Source of the DNA: an uncultured Verrucomicrobiota bacterium
GTDB lineage: Bacteria > Verrucomicrobiota > Verrucomicrobiia > Limisphaerales > J093
Assembly (NCBI GenBank): GCA_964535555.1
Contig: CAZHUS010000036.1
Location: forward strand, 337 to 64,336
DNA length: 64,000 nt
Direction of reading: 5' to 3'
In this document: positions 51,292 through 60,846 of the stretch, one piece after another
How the letters are laid out: every line of letters starts with the position of its first letter
Position numbering within the stretch: the first letter of the stretch is position 1
The notes under the pieces: model-generated
Told to the model about the DNA's origin: nothing
Database searches by the model: none
The model's input: the letters and a program-made list of their open reading frames with translations, nothing else
Translations under genes and position numbers: made by a program

Positions 51292-52701
51292 TTGAACGCA
51301 TCATCAACGCCCGAGACCACCGCTCCTCCGTCACCACCCGCCCGACCCTGGTGGGCGCTCCTGAATCGCTACCATTGGTTCGTCCTGATGGTGGCCGCCT
51401 TGGGCTGGCTGTTCGACTGTCTGGACCAGCAGCTCTTTAACATCGCGCGCGTCCCCGCGATGAAGGACCTCCTCGGTACCTCCGACCTCCGCGCCGCTAC
51501 CGAGTACGGCGGCTATGTCACCGCGATCTTCCTCGTGGGTTGGGCGGCAGGCGGACTCGGCTTTGGCATCTTGGGGGACCGGATCGGGCGCGCGAAGACG
51601 ATGCTGCTCACCATCCTGGTGTACTCCGTGTGCACCGGCCTGAGCGCCGCGTCCACGGGGTTCTGGGATTTTGCCCTGTATCGGTTCCTCACTGGACTCG
51701 GCGTCGGCGGCGAATGGGCCGTGGGAGTCGCCCTCGTGGCGGAAACCATGCCCGAACGAGCGCGTCCCTATGCCTTGGGGCTCCTCCAGACCCTCTCCAC
51801 GGTGGGAAACGTCACCGCGGCCCTGATCAGCATGGGCATGGGTTGGCTTGAGCAATCAGGCCGACTCGGCACCTGGGACGCCTGGAGGGTCATGTTCCTG
51901 ATTGGCGCCCTCCCCGCCCTGCTTGCCGTCGTCATCCGACGGCGTCTTCGCGAACCGGAGCGCTGGCAGGAAGCGGTCGCCAAAGCCCCCGCCGGACATC
52001 GCGCCGTCGGCTCGTACGCCGAGCTGTTTGGGAATCCCCGCTGGCGAAAGCACGCCCTGATCGGCTTTCTGCTGGCGTTCGCCGGTGTCGTTGGCTTGTG
52101 GGGGATCTTGTTCTTCAGCATCGACCTCATCCGGGCCGTCCTGCGCCAGGGGCTGGAAGCTGAAGGCCTGGCCCCTGCGGTTGTCGCCGGCAAACTGAAC
52201 CTCTGGGCCGGCATCGCCAGCATCATGATCAACGTCGGCGCCTTTGCCGGCATGTGGACGTTCAGCGTCCTCAACGAACGCCTGGGCCGGAAACCATCGT
52301 TCGCACTGGCCTTCGGACTCGCGATGGTCTGCACTGCGCTGGGGTTCTGGTTCATCCGAACCCCCGCCGATATCTTCTGGCTCGTTCCCCTCATGGCTTT
52401 CGGGCAGTTCGGCCTCTTCGCGGGATACGCCATTTACCTGCCCGAACTCTTCCCGACGCGGCTTCGCAGCACCGGCGTTTCCTTCTGCTACAATGTCGGC
52501 CGGTTCGCGGCCGCACTCGGACCACTGACCTTGGGACTCCTTACCAGCAAGGTCTTCGGCCACCTTCCCGGTCTGCTCCCGCTCCGGTACGCGGGGATCA
52601 CCTTGTGCCTGGTGTTCCTGGTGGGTCTGGCCGCGCTTCCCTTCGCTCCCGAGACTCGTGGCCGCGGGCTCATCGAAGACGACACCCCGCTCCCGAGCTG
52701 A
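51292..52701 (+). CDS. MFS transporter (metabolite/sugar-acid type)
   Basis: GWLFDCLD, GDRIGRAK, RFLTGLGVGGEW, ELFPTRLRSTG; about 12 TM. Confidence 0.93.
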   Translation: MNASSTPETTAPPSPPARPWWALLNRYHWFVLMVAALGWLFDCLDQQLFNIARVPAMKDLLGTSDLRAATEYGGYVTAIFLVGWAAGGLGFGILGDRIGRAKTMLLTILVYSVCTGLSAASTGFWDFALYRFLTGLGVGGEWAVGVALVAETMPERARPYALGLLQTLSTVGNVTAALISMGMGWLEQSGRLGTWDAWRVMFLIGALPALLAVVIRRRLREPERWQEAVAKAPAGHRAVGSYAELFGNPRWRKHALIGFLLAFAGVVGLWGILFFSIDLIRAVLRQGLEAEGLAPAVVAGKLNLWAGIASIMINVGAFAGMWTFSVLNERLGRKPSFALAFGLAMVCTALGFWFIRTPADIFWLVPLMAFGQFGLFAGYAIYLPELFPTRLRSTGVSFCYNVGRFAAALGPLTLGLLTSKVFGHLPGLLPLRYAGITLCLVFLVGLAALPFAPETRGRGLIEDDTPLPS

Positions 52702-52936
52702 AGGGGAGAACACGCTCTCTCAGGTGTTGCGTGTCCCTGTTTACGCCCTCGCCGGTCGGGCGTCTCCGAGTGGCGGGCGAGGCGCCCGCCACAGCACCCG
52801 AGCCGGGTGCGCTCCCCAACCCGGAAAGGGGAGCACACGCGCTCTCGCGTGTCCCGACCGGCGCCCTCACCGGGCGGGCGTCTCCACCTGTCGGGTGAGG
52901 CGCCCGCCACGGCACTCGAGGCGGGCGCGCTCCCCT
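52702..52936. repeat. Two tandem REP-like palindromic elements between convergent genes
   Basis: Two units of about 110 nt: GGGGAG(A/C)ACACGC...CGCCCTC(G/A)CC...GAGGCGCCCGCCAC...GCGCTCCCC. Confidence 0.85.
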
Positions 52937-52944
52937 GAATGCTG

Positions 52945-55800
52945 CTACCGCGTCGCCCGGTAGAACTTCTGCGGTCCCGCGGTGAGCGGGTCCACGGTGA
53001 CCGTCTTCTGTGGCAGGTTCGTGAATGGACCGGTCACGGTGTCCGCGACCTGGAGCGTGCTGTCCGTGGTGATGGTCACCTGGCCGTTGGCGGCCCGGCT
53101 CACGTTGATGGTTGGCAACGCGACCAGGTTCAGGACCTCGAGGGTGAACCCATCCAGGATGGCGTTCGGATCCGTCAGGTCCTCACGCGTGGCTGCCGCG
53201 GCGTCGAGCACGATGTAGAGATTGTCGCGCTGCGTGACAATCTCGAACGAAACCATGGCACAGGAGTTGATGATGTTCACCGTGCCACCCTGGGTCTCCG
53301 TGGGAACGAAGTTCTCCGCGACCAGAGCGCCGTCCGCGTACACGTTGAAGCCACGGTTCGCGCAGCACTGTTCGTAGAAGAACATCTGGCACTTGTAGGT
53401 GCTGCCCGGGAACAGCCCCGTCAGGCGCACACTCACCGTGGGGCTGTAGCGGATGGACTGGGTGACTTTCTCCAGCACATCATCGGCGGGACTGTCGCCG
53501 TAGGCCGGTTGGTCCCAGGCGGCAACATTGTTCGCCGCGGTCACCGTGACACCCGCAACGTTGTCGGCGGTGAAGTCGGCGTCGTAAGCCTTCCCGGCAG
53601 GACCCGCCGTACTCACGTTCACGGCGTAAAGGAACGTGCCGGCGAAATCCGCCCCCGGCGTTGCGTTCCACTGGGCGTCCAATCCTTCGCCCGGATCGCC
53701 CCCGGTGAGGGTCTCGATCCGGATCTTGCTGATCTGAGACGGGGCGTCCGCCGGGTTGGTGCCGGCCGCGACCTCGGCGCCGTCCGTCACGCCGTCGCTG
53801 TCCGAATCCCGCTTGAGCGGGTTGGTGTGGTAGGTGTTGACCTCCGCGCCATCCTTGAGTCCGTCCGCGTCAGTATCCGCATTGGCGGGATTCGTATTGT
53901 GAGTCTTGATCTCCTCGCCGTCCTTGAGGCCGTCCTTGTCCTGGTCGGCCTTGGTGGGGTCGGTGTAGTTCACAAACTCGTCCAGGTTGGTCAGGCCATC
54001 CGCGTCCGTGTCAGCGCTTGCTGTCTGATTGAGGTTCCCAAACACTTCGTTCTCCCAGGCATCGGGCAGGCTGTCGCTGTCCGAGTCGGCTGGAGGTGAG
54101 ATGACCTCGATCGTGGCCGCCTGGAGCAGGGCATTGTGGTCTGTCAACTCCGGAAGGGTCACACCGCGGCCGTCGAGGAGCGCGGTCACGACGTTGCTGC
54201 GTGCCACGAAGCTGTGGGTGAGAACCGCGCCGCTGTTCTTGGTGAAACCACCCTGGTAGAACTGCGGGCTGAAGTCGTCGGCAACCTGGTGAGCGTCCAC
54301 GAACACGTCAAACCCTCGCGGCCAGCCTTCCTCGGCAGCGATCAACTGGAGCTTGTAAGCCCCTCCGGCCTGCAGGTTGGCGAATTCGAGCAGGACATTT
54401 GGCTGCGCCGCATTCGCCGCGTCGCTCCAGCGAATGGTGTTCATGAACAACTCGAGCACGTCGTCATTCGGGGTGTCACCAAACACCGGATTCGGATGCC
54501 AGTTCACCGCGGTGTTTTGGGCAAGCACCGTCACTCCCTCGACCGCATCCTCCGTGAAGTTCGCGTCGCGAATCTGGCCCGCGGCGGGCGTGGTTCCCAG
54601 GTGGATCGCGTACAGGAAATCCCCGTCCAGGTCCAGGCCTTCGCCGGCATCGCCGCCGGTGAACCGGCCCACCGAGGTGTTCTTGGGCTTGCTGTCGGCG
54701 TCTTTGGGATCGGTGAGCAGTCGCAACTCGTCGTAGTCGTTGGCGGTGTCACCATCGGTGTCACTCTTCAGCGGGTCGGTCAGGGTCGTATTCACCTCGG
54801 TGCCGTCCTTGATGCCGTCACTGTCCGTATCGGCCTTGTTGGGATCGGACTTGGTGGTGTTGACTTCCACATCGTCGTTCAACGTGTCCTGATCCGTATC
54901 CTTCTTCAGCGGATCGGTGAGGTGCGTTTTCACCTCCGCCCCATCCAGCAGGCCGTCCTCGTCCGAATCCGGCTTGGTGGGATTGGTCGACTTGGTGAAC
55001 TCGCCGCTGTTGTCGAGGCCATCGCTGTCCGGATCGCCACTGCCGGTCTGGCTCAGGTTGCCGAACTGCTGCGTTTCCCAGGCGTCGCTCAGGCCGTCGC
55101 CGTCGCTATCGCTCGCCGTCGAGGTTTTCTCGAGGGTGACGCCGCTCAGAATCGCGTTGTGATCCGTCAACTCCGCGGTCGAGACGGATCGGCCATCGAG
55201 CACGATCTCGAGGACCGGGCTATCGGCCATGAACTCCTCGGTGACCACGACGGCAGACTCGGGAACGTTCGAGCCGCCCTGGAGCGCGCCCGGGGCGACT
55301 TCATCCGCAACCAACGCACCGTTCAGGTACACGTCGAAGCCGCGGTTGATGCAACAGCCCTCGCCGAAGAGCAACTGCAGCTTGTACCGCGCGCCCACCT
55401 CGATGCCGGCCAGTTGGACGGTCACAACCGGCGTGGCCGACGCCGCATCGCTCCAACGGATGGAACGAATGACCAGTTCCATGACATCATCGGCCGGGGT
55501 ATCCCCGTAGGCCGCCGCCGTGTTCCAGTCGACGATCTGGTTGCCGGCCGTGACCGTGACGCCGGCAACGTTGTCGCCGGTGAAGTCCGCATCACCGGCC
55601 TTTCCGGCGGCGCCATACGGGCCAATGTTGATCGCGTAAACGAAGTTGCCCTGCAAATCGAGCCCTTCATCCGGATCGCCTCCGTAAAACAGACCAACAG
55701 TCGCCGCACCCGACGCGGGAGCAGCGGAAAGCAGGGCGCCAACGGCCAGGGCGCACAGTCGCGGCAGGAACAAGGGTTCTTTCGGTGCTGGGGTGCTCAT
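52945..55800 (-). CDS. Large secreted protein: three copies of a ~190-aa beta-rich domain separated by TSP3-like DxDxDG repeats, plus C-terminal domain
   Basis: Signal peptide; repeats GGD.(D/G)EGLD...YA...; D(S/T)DxDGL.D..E......TxP...D repeats; ends PQKFYRATR. Start MSTP at 55800. Confidence 0.88.
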   Translation of the reverse strand: MSTPAPKEPLFLPRLCALAVGALLSAAPASGAATVGLFYGGDPDEGLDLQGNFVYAINIGPYGAAGKAGDADFTGDNVAGVTVTAGNQIVDWNTAAAYGDTPADDVMELVIRSIRWSDAASATPVVTVQLAGIEVGARYKLQLLFGEGCCINRGFDVYLNGALVADEVAPGALQGGSNVPESAVVVTEEFMADSPVLEIVLDGRSVSTAELTDHNAILSGVTLEKTSTASDSDGDGLSDAWETQQFGNLSQTGSGDPDSDGLDNSGEFTKSTNPTKPDSDEDGLLDGAEVKTHLTDPLKKDTDQDTLNDDVEVNTTKSDPNKADTDSDGIKDGTEVNTTLTDPLKSDTDGDTANDYDELRLLTDPKDADSKPKNTSVGRFTGGDAGEGLDLDGDFLYAIHLGTTPAAGQIRDANFTEDAVEGVTVLAQNTAVNWHPNPVFGDTPNDDVLELFMNTIRWSDAANAAQPNVLLEFANLQAGGAYKLQLIAAEEGWPRGFDVFVDAHQVADDFSPQFYQGGFTKNSGAVLTHSFVARSNVVTALLDGRGVTLPELTDHNALLQAATIEVISPPADSDSDSLPDAWENEVFGNLNQTASADTDADGLTNLDEFVNYTDPTKADQDKDGLKDGEEIKTHNTNPANADTDADGLKDGAEVNTYHTNPLKRDSDSDGVTDGAEVAAGTNPADAPSQISKIRIETLTGGDPGEGLDAQWNATPGADFAGTFLYAVNVSTAGPAGKAYDADFTADNVAGVTVTAANNVAAWDQPAYGDSPADDVLEKVTQSIRYSPTVSVRLTGLFPGSTYKCQMFFYEQCCANRGFNVYADGALVAENFVPTETQGGTVNIINSCAMVSFEIVTQRDNLYIVLDAAAATREDLTDPNAILDGFTLEVLNLVALPTINVSRAANGQVTITTDSTLQVADTVTGPFTNLPQKTVTVDPLTAGPQKFYRATR

Positions 55801-55906
55801 GCTGATACGGCTTTCTGTTGATGGGTTGACTCCGCGCGACCGCGTGTACCCTCCGCGGGGCGCAGCCCACGTAGAGGTCCACAAGGTCTTTCAGGATTGC
55901 TGTGGC

Positions 55907-55934
55907 AACGTAGCAGGGGTCCTCTTTGAGGCAA
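55907..55934 (-). promoter_or_regulatory. Candidate sigma70 promoter for the TSP3-repeat gene
   Basis: Minus strand TTGCCT, 16 nt, TACGTT, with an upstream T-tract. Confidence 0.45.
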
Positions 55935-55979
55935 CACCAAAAAAAGGCCGTGAGACCGGTCCGATCGTCCGGTCCGTGG

Positions 55980-57863
55980 TCATGGCTCGGAAGCCTCGGT
56001 GCCGAGAATGTCCTTGAGCAAGCGCGGGACCAGCTCGCTCATTCGCGTCGAGACGCCCGGGAGCGTGGTGGGGAGCTTCCGCAGGTCCGGAAACACTGGT
56101 TTCACCTTCGCGCCGAGCGCATCCAAGGCGTTCAACGCCTCGACCGCAAGGTACAGCCCGGATCTTTCGAGGCTCGCCAGAGGAACCAGCGTCTGAAGCG
56201 CGCGGTCCACGTCTTCCGCCTCTCCAAAGGCGCCCAGCGCCTGGGCAGCGGCGATCCGCACCGAACCGGACGGGTCCTCCAGGGCCTTTCGCAACGCCTC
56301 GCGTCGAGCGAGTACCGCCTCAGCTCCCCGGACCTGCAGACCGGTGATCGCCCAGAAGCGAACGCCGGCGTCCGTGTCGGAAAGGTCCCGCTCGTCCGCT
56401 CCGGGGTCGGTTCCTGTGGGCATCGACGCCCGTTCCGCAGCCTCGAGGATCCGCTCCAACGGGTAGCGGCCGGGATCATGCCCGAGGTCGTACGGCGCCA
56501 CCGTCCCCCGGCGCGACTGCATTTCCGCCTCCGGAAGGAACCCCAGATCGCGAGTGGCAAGGAGCTGGCTTCGCAAGGCCGCGCTCAGACGGGCTTTGAC
56601 GTTCTGCAGGCCTGGCGAGCCGGCCAGGTTGACGACCTCGTCCGGGTCGGTCTGCAAATCGTAGAGCTCCTCCGGCGCCTTGCGCTGCCAGAAATAGGCC
56701 TGTGCCGGCGGCAAGGCGCCCTCGTCGTAAAGCTTCTTCCAGGCCCGGGTCGAAGGGGTCACGAACATGTAGGCGACATGCTGGCCATGCGGAAGATCCG
56801 GACGGTAGTTCCGCACGTAGACGAACCGGCCGTCCGTCACGCTTCGCACCAGATCGATGCGTTCATCCATCCGGCCACGATAGCCAAAGTTGAAAGGTCG
56901 CGATGCGGAAGCGTGCTCGCCCATGAACGCCGTTCCCTGCATCCAACGAGGCGCCTTGAGGCCTGCAAGGCTCAACACCGTGGGCGCGAGGTCGACGAAA
57001 CTCACGAGTCGATCCGAACGCCCCCCGGCTTGATACTCGGGCGGCGCGAGCGCGCGCCACTTCTCCGGCACGTAAACGATCAACGGGACACTCAAACCGG
57101 AGTTGTAGGGAAACCGCTTGCAGCGCGAGATCCCGGGGCCGTGATCGCCGTAGAAGAAGACGATCGTGTCCTCGGCCAACCCGGCTTCCTCCAGCTCTCT
57201 CAAGTTGGCCCCGGCCAGGCTGTCCATCTCCGTCACCTTGTCATAATACTGGGCCCAGTCCTGCCGCACCTCCGGGATGTCCGGATGGTAGGCGGGCACA
57301 CGCACGCGCGCCGGATCATGCACCTGCGTGTGCGGACGAAGGCGGATCTGGCTTTCGTGAGTCACCGTGTGGTTGAAGACGGCGAAGAAGGGCTGACCCG
57401 CACCACGGTTCTTCCAATGCGCGCGCCGGGACGATTCGTCCCAGACCTTGCCTGGCTTTTCGAGGTTGTAATCCTCCTTCTCGTTGTTGGAGCAGTAATA
57501 GCCCGCGCCTCGGAGGAACTGCGGGTACATCTGGAACCCGGACGGGAGCGGCACGAGGCTGCGCATGTGCTCCGACCCCGTTGAAGGCGGGTACAGCCCG
57601 CTGATGATCGCCGTGCGCGCCGGGGCACAGACCGGAGCTCCGGACCAGGCGCGGGTGTACATCATGCCACGAACGGCAAGGCGATCCAGGTTGGGAGTGG
57701 TGGCGAAACGGTCGCCGTAGCACCCAAGCTGCGGTCCCGTATCCTCGCACGTGATCCAGAGGATGTTCGGGCGCGGAGTGCCGGTGGCGACCGCCGCGCG
57801 AACGGCGACAACCGCGGAGGCGAGGGCGAAACTGAGCAGCAGCGTTTTCATGCGCAAACCCAT
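55980..57863 (-). CDS. Formylglycine-dependent sulfatase (S1) with C-terminal HEAT-like repeats
   Basis: PNILWITCED, CAPARTAIISG (CxPxR), FFYGDHG, ELYDLQTDP.E..NL; helical 'VRFWA..GL', 'VRIAAAQAL'. Confidence 0.95.
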   Translation of the reverse strand: MGLRMKTLLLSFALASAVVAVRAAVATGTPRPNILWITCEDTGPQLGCYGDRFATTPNLDRLAVRGMMYTRAWSGAPVCAPARTAIISGLYPPSTGSEHMRSLVPLPSGFQMYPQFLRGAGYYCSNNEKEDYNLEKPGKVWDESSRRAHWKNRGAGQPFFAVFNHTVTHESQIRLRPHTQVHDPARVRVPAYHPDIPEVRQDWAQYYDKVTEMDSLAGANLRELEEAGLAEDTIVFFYGDHGPGISRCKRFPYNSGLSVPLIVYVPEKWRALAPPEYQAGGRSDRLVSFVDLAPTVLSLAGLKAPRWMQGTAFMGEHASASRPFNFGYRGRMDERIDLVRSVTDGRFVYVRNYRPDLPHGQHVAYMFVTPSTRAWKKLYDEGALPPAQAYFWQRKAPEELYDLQTDPDEVVNLAGSPGLQNVKARLSAALRSQLLATRDLGFLPEAEMQSRRGTVAPYDLGHDPGRYPLERILEAAERASMPTGTDPGADERDLSDTDAGVRFWAITGLQVRGAEAVLARREALRKALEDPSGSVRIAAAQALGAFGEAEDVDRALQTLVPLASLERSGLYLAVEALNALDALGAKVKPVFPDLRKLPTTLPGVSTRMSELVPRLLKDILGTEASEP

Positions 57864-57944
57864 GGGTGGTCGCCAACCAAGGGAGCAACGCCTTCCCTTC
57901 CCGGCAAGCCGAAACCGGCACCGTGTCGGAAATAGGCCTCAGGG

Positions 57945-58350
57945 AATCTTGGGAAGCGACCTGTTCCGCGTGGACCGCCTCGGTGGCCATGAACCGTTGA
58001 GAAGCGCGGGCTCCAGCCCGCAGGGACGTCCCTGCGCCGGCGTGGCTTCCTGCGGACTGAAGTCCGCGCTCCGGGGGATGGTTCATGGAAGGTGCCCTTC
58101 GCCTGTCGACCATGCGCCGTGGGCATGAACCGAAAAGCGCCGGTAAACCGGACGCACTCCAAACGCTTCGCGCCGCTCCATGGCGCGTCCGAAGTCGCGA
58201 AGCGCCTGGAGTGCGGGGATTCATCCCCGCTTTTCGGATCAGGTTCATGGGAAGGTATGGCGCGCGCAATCCCTTGTGCGCAGGATCGGCAGGCAGGGGA
58301 GTGCCCGCCCTACCCTTCACAACCCGGTAGGGCGAGCGTTTCCGTGAGCC
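57945..58350. repeat. BIME-like mosaic of several REP cores and GGTTCATGG/CCATGAACC linkers
   Basis: (C/G)CATGAACC at 57987 and 58123; GGTTCATGG at 58080 and 58242; type A core, AAAGCG...GCACTCCAAA...GGAGTGCGG...CCGCTTT core, and GCCCTACC/GGTAGGGCG core. Confidence 0.85.
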
Positions 58351-58462
58351 GTACGCTTGGGCGCTCAACACGGCCCGGCAGCCGCCTCCTCCCACCGCTT
58401 CCGCCTGTACAGGCGATGCACCCGGGCTTACGGTCCCCGTGCACCTTGAGTGTGGGCTGATC

Positions 58463-58612
58463 ATGCTGACTCCACAGCAACTTGCTGAACTCCAGCAGGA
58501 GGAGGACGCCCGGCACCGACGCGTCGGTGTCGCCGCTGGATTTCTCCTGGGGATTATTGCTGGACTGGGCCTCGCCGCCACGCTCGCGGTCTACTTCTTC
58601 GGCGTCTGGTAG
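58463..58612 (+). CDS. Small 49-aa single-TM membrane protein (not in the ORF track)
   Basis: My translation: MLTPQQLAELQQEEDARHRRVGVAAGFLLGIIAGLGLAATLAVYFFGVW*. Confidence 0.6.
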   Translation: MLTPQQLAELQQEEDARHRRVGVAAGFLLGIIAGLGLAATLAVYFFGVW

Positions 58613-58668
58613 GAGGGCCCACGCCGCGCCAGGTCCAAGACCGGATGCCCGGCGCCGCGCTCGATTCC

Positions 58669-60846
58669 CTACGGGACGGGCGATGGCGCGTTCGTCGCGA
58701 CCGACTCCCGGCTGGGCTTCGAATTCATTCCGTAGCGCATCAGCCATCGCGCTCCCGGGCCGGTTGTCGCCGGTTGACTGTTCGAACCGCCCTCCGGACC
58801 GAGGCGGTGACCCAGCCTGACCACTCCGGAAACCGATTTCGTGGCGTGGATGGGGCAGCCGATCTCGCAGGTCCAGAACGGTTGGGTGGGCCCCGGGAGC
58901 GGTTCGTAGGTGTAGGTGATCTGTTGGGGATTCCAGGATGCCCAATCGCCCGCGGCCTTCCGGTTGGGGTCAGCCGGACACACCAACGGCTCCGGGGAAG
59001 CCAGTTCCTGGACCAGTGCACCCAAGTCCGGCGGTGGCTGCTGCTGGTGCGCCAGGGCCCATCGACCCACCGCATTGCCGAGAGCCGACACGTTCTCGGC
59101 GCAGATCCGCGCCTGGAGTTCGGCAAGCGTTTCCGGGCGCATCGGCAGCGCGCCCCCAACCGCACCCATCACCTGCTTGAACGAGAAGCACGCCGCCAAC
59201 GCCACAACGCTGTAGCCCACCACCACCACCCCATGGCGCATCACTCGCGACGCCCGCTGATCCAGCCTCCGGTAGTTCTGGCAGGCACACGCAAGCGCGC
59301 TGATGAAGAACCCCGCCAACAGCCCCCCCCAGACGAGTACCCATCCCGCCCCCGCCGGTGAGAAGAGCGACCGTCCCTCCGTTTCGAACGGCACAAACCA
59401 GTTCCACAACCCCGCACGGGTCGGCGCCCTATCCAACATCCCCCATCCCAGCGTCTCGAGCGTGAGACCGATGGGGGCGGCCCAGAGCATCGCGCGCAGG
59501 GCAGTCGGCGCCAGCGTCGAGATGTACAGCGCGAGCGTGCACAAGCCCAGCACCTGCAAGGCGGCGATGCCCGTTCCCATGGGGACAACTTTGCCCGTCG
59601 GGGACAGCAGGCCCAAGGCTCCTCCGACCTCGATCACCAGCCAGGGCAGGCCGATCGCCAACACCAGCGCCAGCACCAGGGCAGTGACCGCTTTCACCGC
59701 CCACTGCCGCCAAACGGCCACCGGTTGCACCAGATGCCACTGGAGCGTACCGGCATGACGGTCCTCCGCACACGCCAGCGAGCCCACCAAGAGGCTGACC
59801 AACACGCCGTAAACCATCGTAGCTGCCGTCAACAGCTCGGAAGTGCCCGCCGTCCCTGCCGGTCCGTGATGCCCCAGCCCGCGCAGGACCAAATCGAAGC
59901 CGGCGATCAACAGGTACAAGCCCGCCACCACGAACGCCGGCGCCATCAATCGGAGCTCCTTACCGGTCAGCGCCAGCCAATCCCTCCGCTTCGTGCGCCG
60001 GACGGCCACAAGCCGTCCGCCCGGTTCCATGGTCTCCGCCCGCCCACCCGAAACCGCCGTCGCGTTCGACCGGAGCGCCGCACCACCCGAGCGCACGGTC
60101 GTCCCGGCAACGCCGCCAAAGAACCGCGGCAGACGAATCGCCACACCGCGCGACTCCGTGGCTTCGAGACGAGTGAAAGCCACATACGTGAGGATCGGGC
60201 CGAGCAGCCACGCCCCAACCGTCCCGGCAACAAACCACGTGGTTGCCACTCCCTGCACCACGGGCGAATCGCGGTTCTCAAGCCCGTACGGCACACAAGC
60301 CACCAACGCCGCGGCCTGCCAGAGCACGATGGGCAACGCCAGCGTGAATACCGTCCCCGCCAGCGTGCTGCGGCTCCAGAGCGTCAGCGCCGGGGCCACC
60401 AGCAGTCCGTAGCCCAACGACGTCACGGACATAAGCCCGGCAAACCCGAAAAAAGCCCAGCCGTTGCCATGCAGCACCGGACCCGCCAGCCGGAGGAGGA
60501 ACAGCACGGCCATGGCCGCGCCCAAGACCTGCATCTTCAACCACCAAAGCTCGCGCCGGCGCACCGGTTGGCTGAGGCTCAACACGAGCGTGCGGTGGGA
60601 GAACTCGTGGCCGAAAGCTGCCGCTCCCATCGCCACCACCGCCACCTCGCCGGCCAGGTAAAACACCCACGCCGCCGGGGGCAACACCTGCGGCAACCCC
60701 AGCAACCCGACCAGGCTCGCCGCCAACGCCACCACGCCGAACGGCACGAGCTCGTGCAGTTCCTTCGCCGCGCCGACGGAGAGCACGGGCGTCCGTACCC
60801 ACCCCGGCAGCAGGAACAGCACCGGCACCCGGTTGCGCGCTCTCAT
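58669..60846 (-). CDS. ABC-2 type permease (two fused permease repeats) with C-terminal pilin/DUF1559-like domain
   Basis: Repeat 1 'EFSHRTLVLSLSQPVRR', repeat 2 'EDRHAGTLQWHLVQPVAV'; C-terminus C.ENV..LG.A...LVCP.D...YTY...CPIH. Start MRARN at 60846. Confidence 0.8.
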   Translation of the reverse strand: MRARNRVPVLFLLPGWVRTPVLSVGAAKELHELVPFGVVALAASLVGLLGLPQVLPPAAWVFYLAGEVAVVAMGAAAFGHEFSHRTLVLSLSQPVRRRELWWLKMQVLGAAMAVLFLLRLAGPVLHGNGWAFFGFAGLMSVTSLGYGLLVAPALTLWSRSTLAGTVFTLALPIVLWQAAALVACVPYGLENRDSPVVQGVATTWFVAGTVGAWLLGPILTYVAFTRLEATESRGVAIRLPRFFGGVAGTTVRSGGAALRSNATAVSGGRAETMEPGGRLVAVRRTKRRDWLALTGKELRLMAPAFVVAGLYLLIAGFDLVLRGLGHHGPAGTAGTSELLTAATMVYGVLVSLLVGSLACAEDRHAGTLQWHLVQPVAVWRQWAVKAVTALVLALVLAIGLPWLVIEVGGALGLLSPTGKVVPMGTGIAALQVLGLCTLALYISTLAPTALRAMLWAAPIGLTLETLGWGMLDRAPTRAGLWNWFVPFETEGRSLFSPAGAGWVLVWGGLLAGFFISALACACQNYRRLDQRASRVMRHGVVVVGYSVVALAACFSFKQVMGAVGGALPMRPETLAELQARICAENVSALGNAVGRWALAHQQQPPPDLGALVQELASPEPLVCPADPNRKAAGDWASWNPQQITYTYEPLPGPTQPFWTCEIGCPIHATKSVSGVVRLGHRLGPEGGSNSQPATTGPGARWLMRYGMNSKPSRESVATNAPSPVP

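Noticed and set aside
53740-55125. CRISPR-like periodic repeats
   Set aside because: They are degenerate in-frame codons for DxDxDG repeats; there are no identical repeats with unique spacers and no cas genes.
58310-58945. 211-aa minus-strand ORF across the REP region
   Set aside because: Low complexity, overlaps the permease in another frame and crosses repeats; the 49-aa plus-strand ORF is more protein-like.
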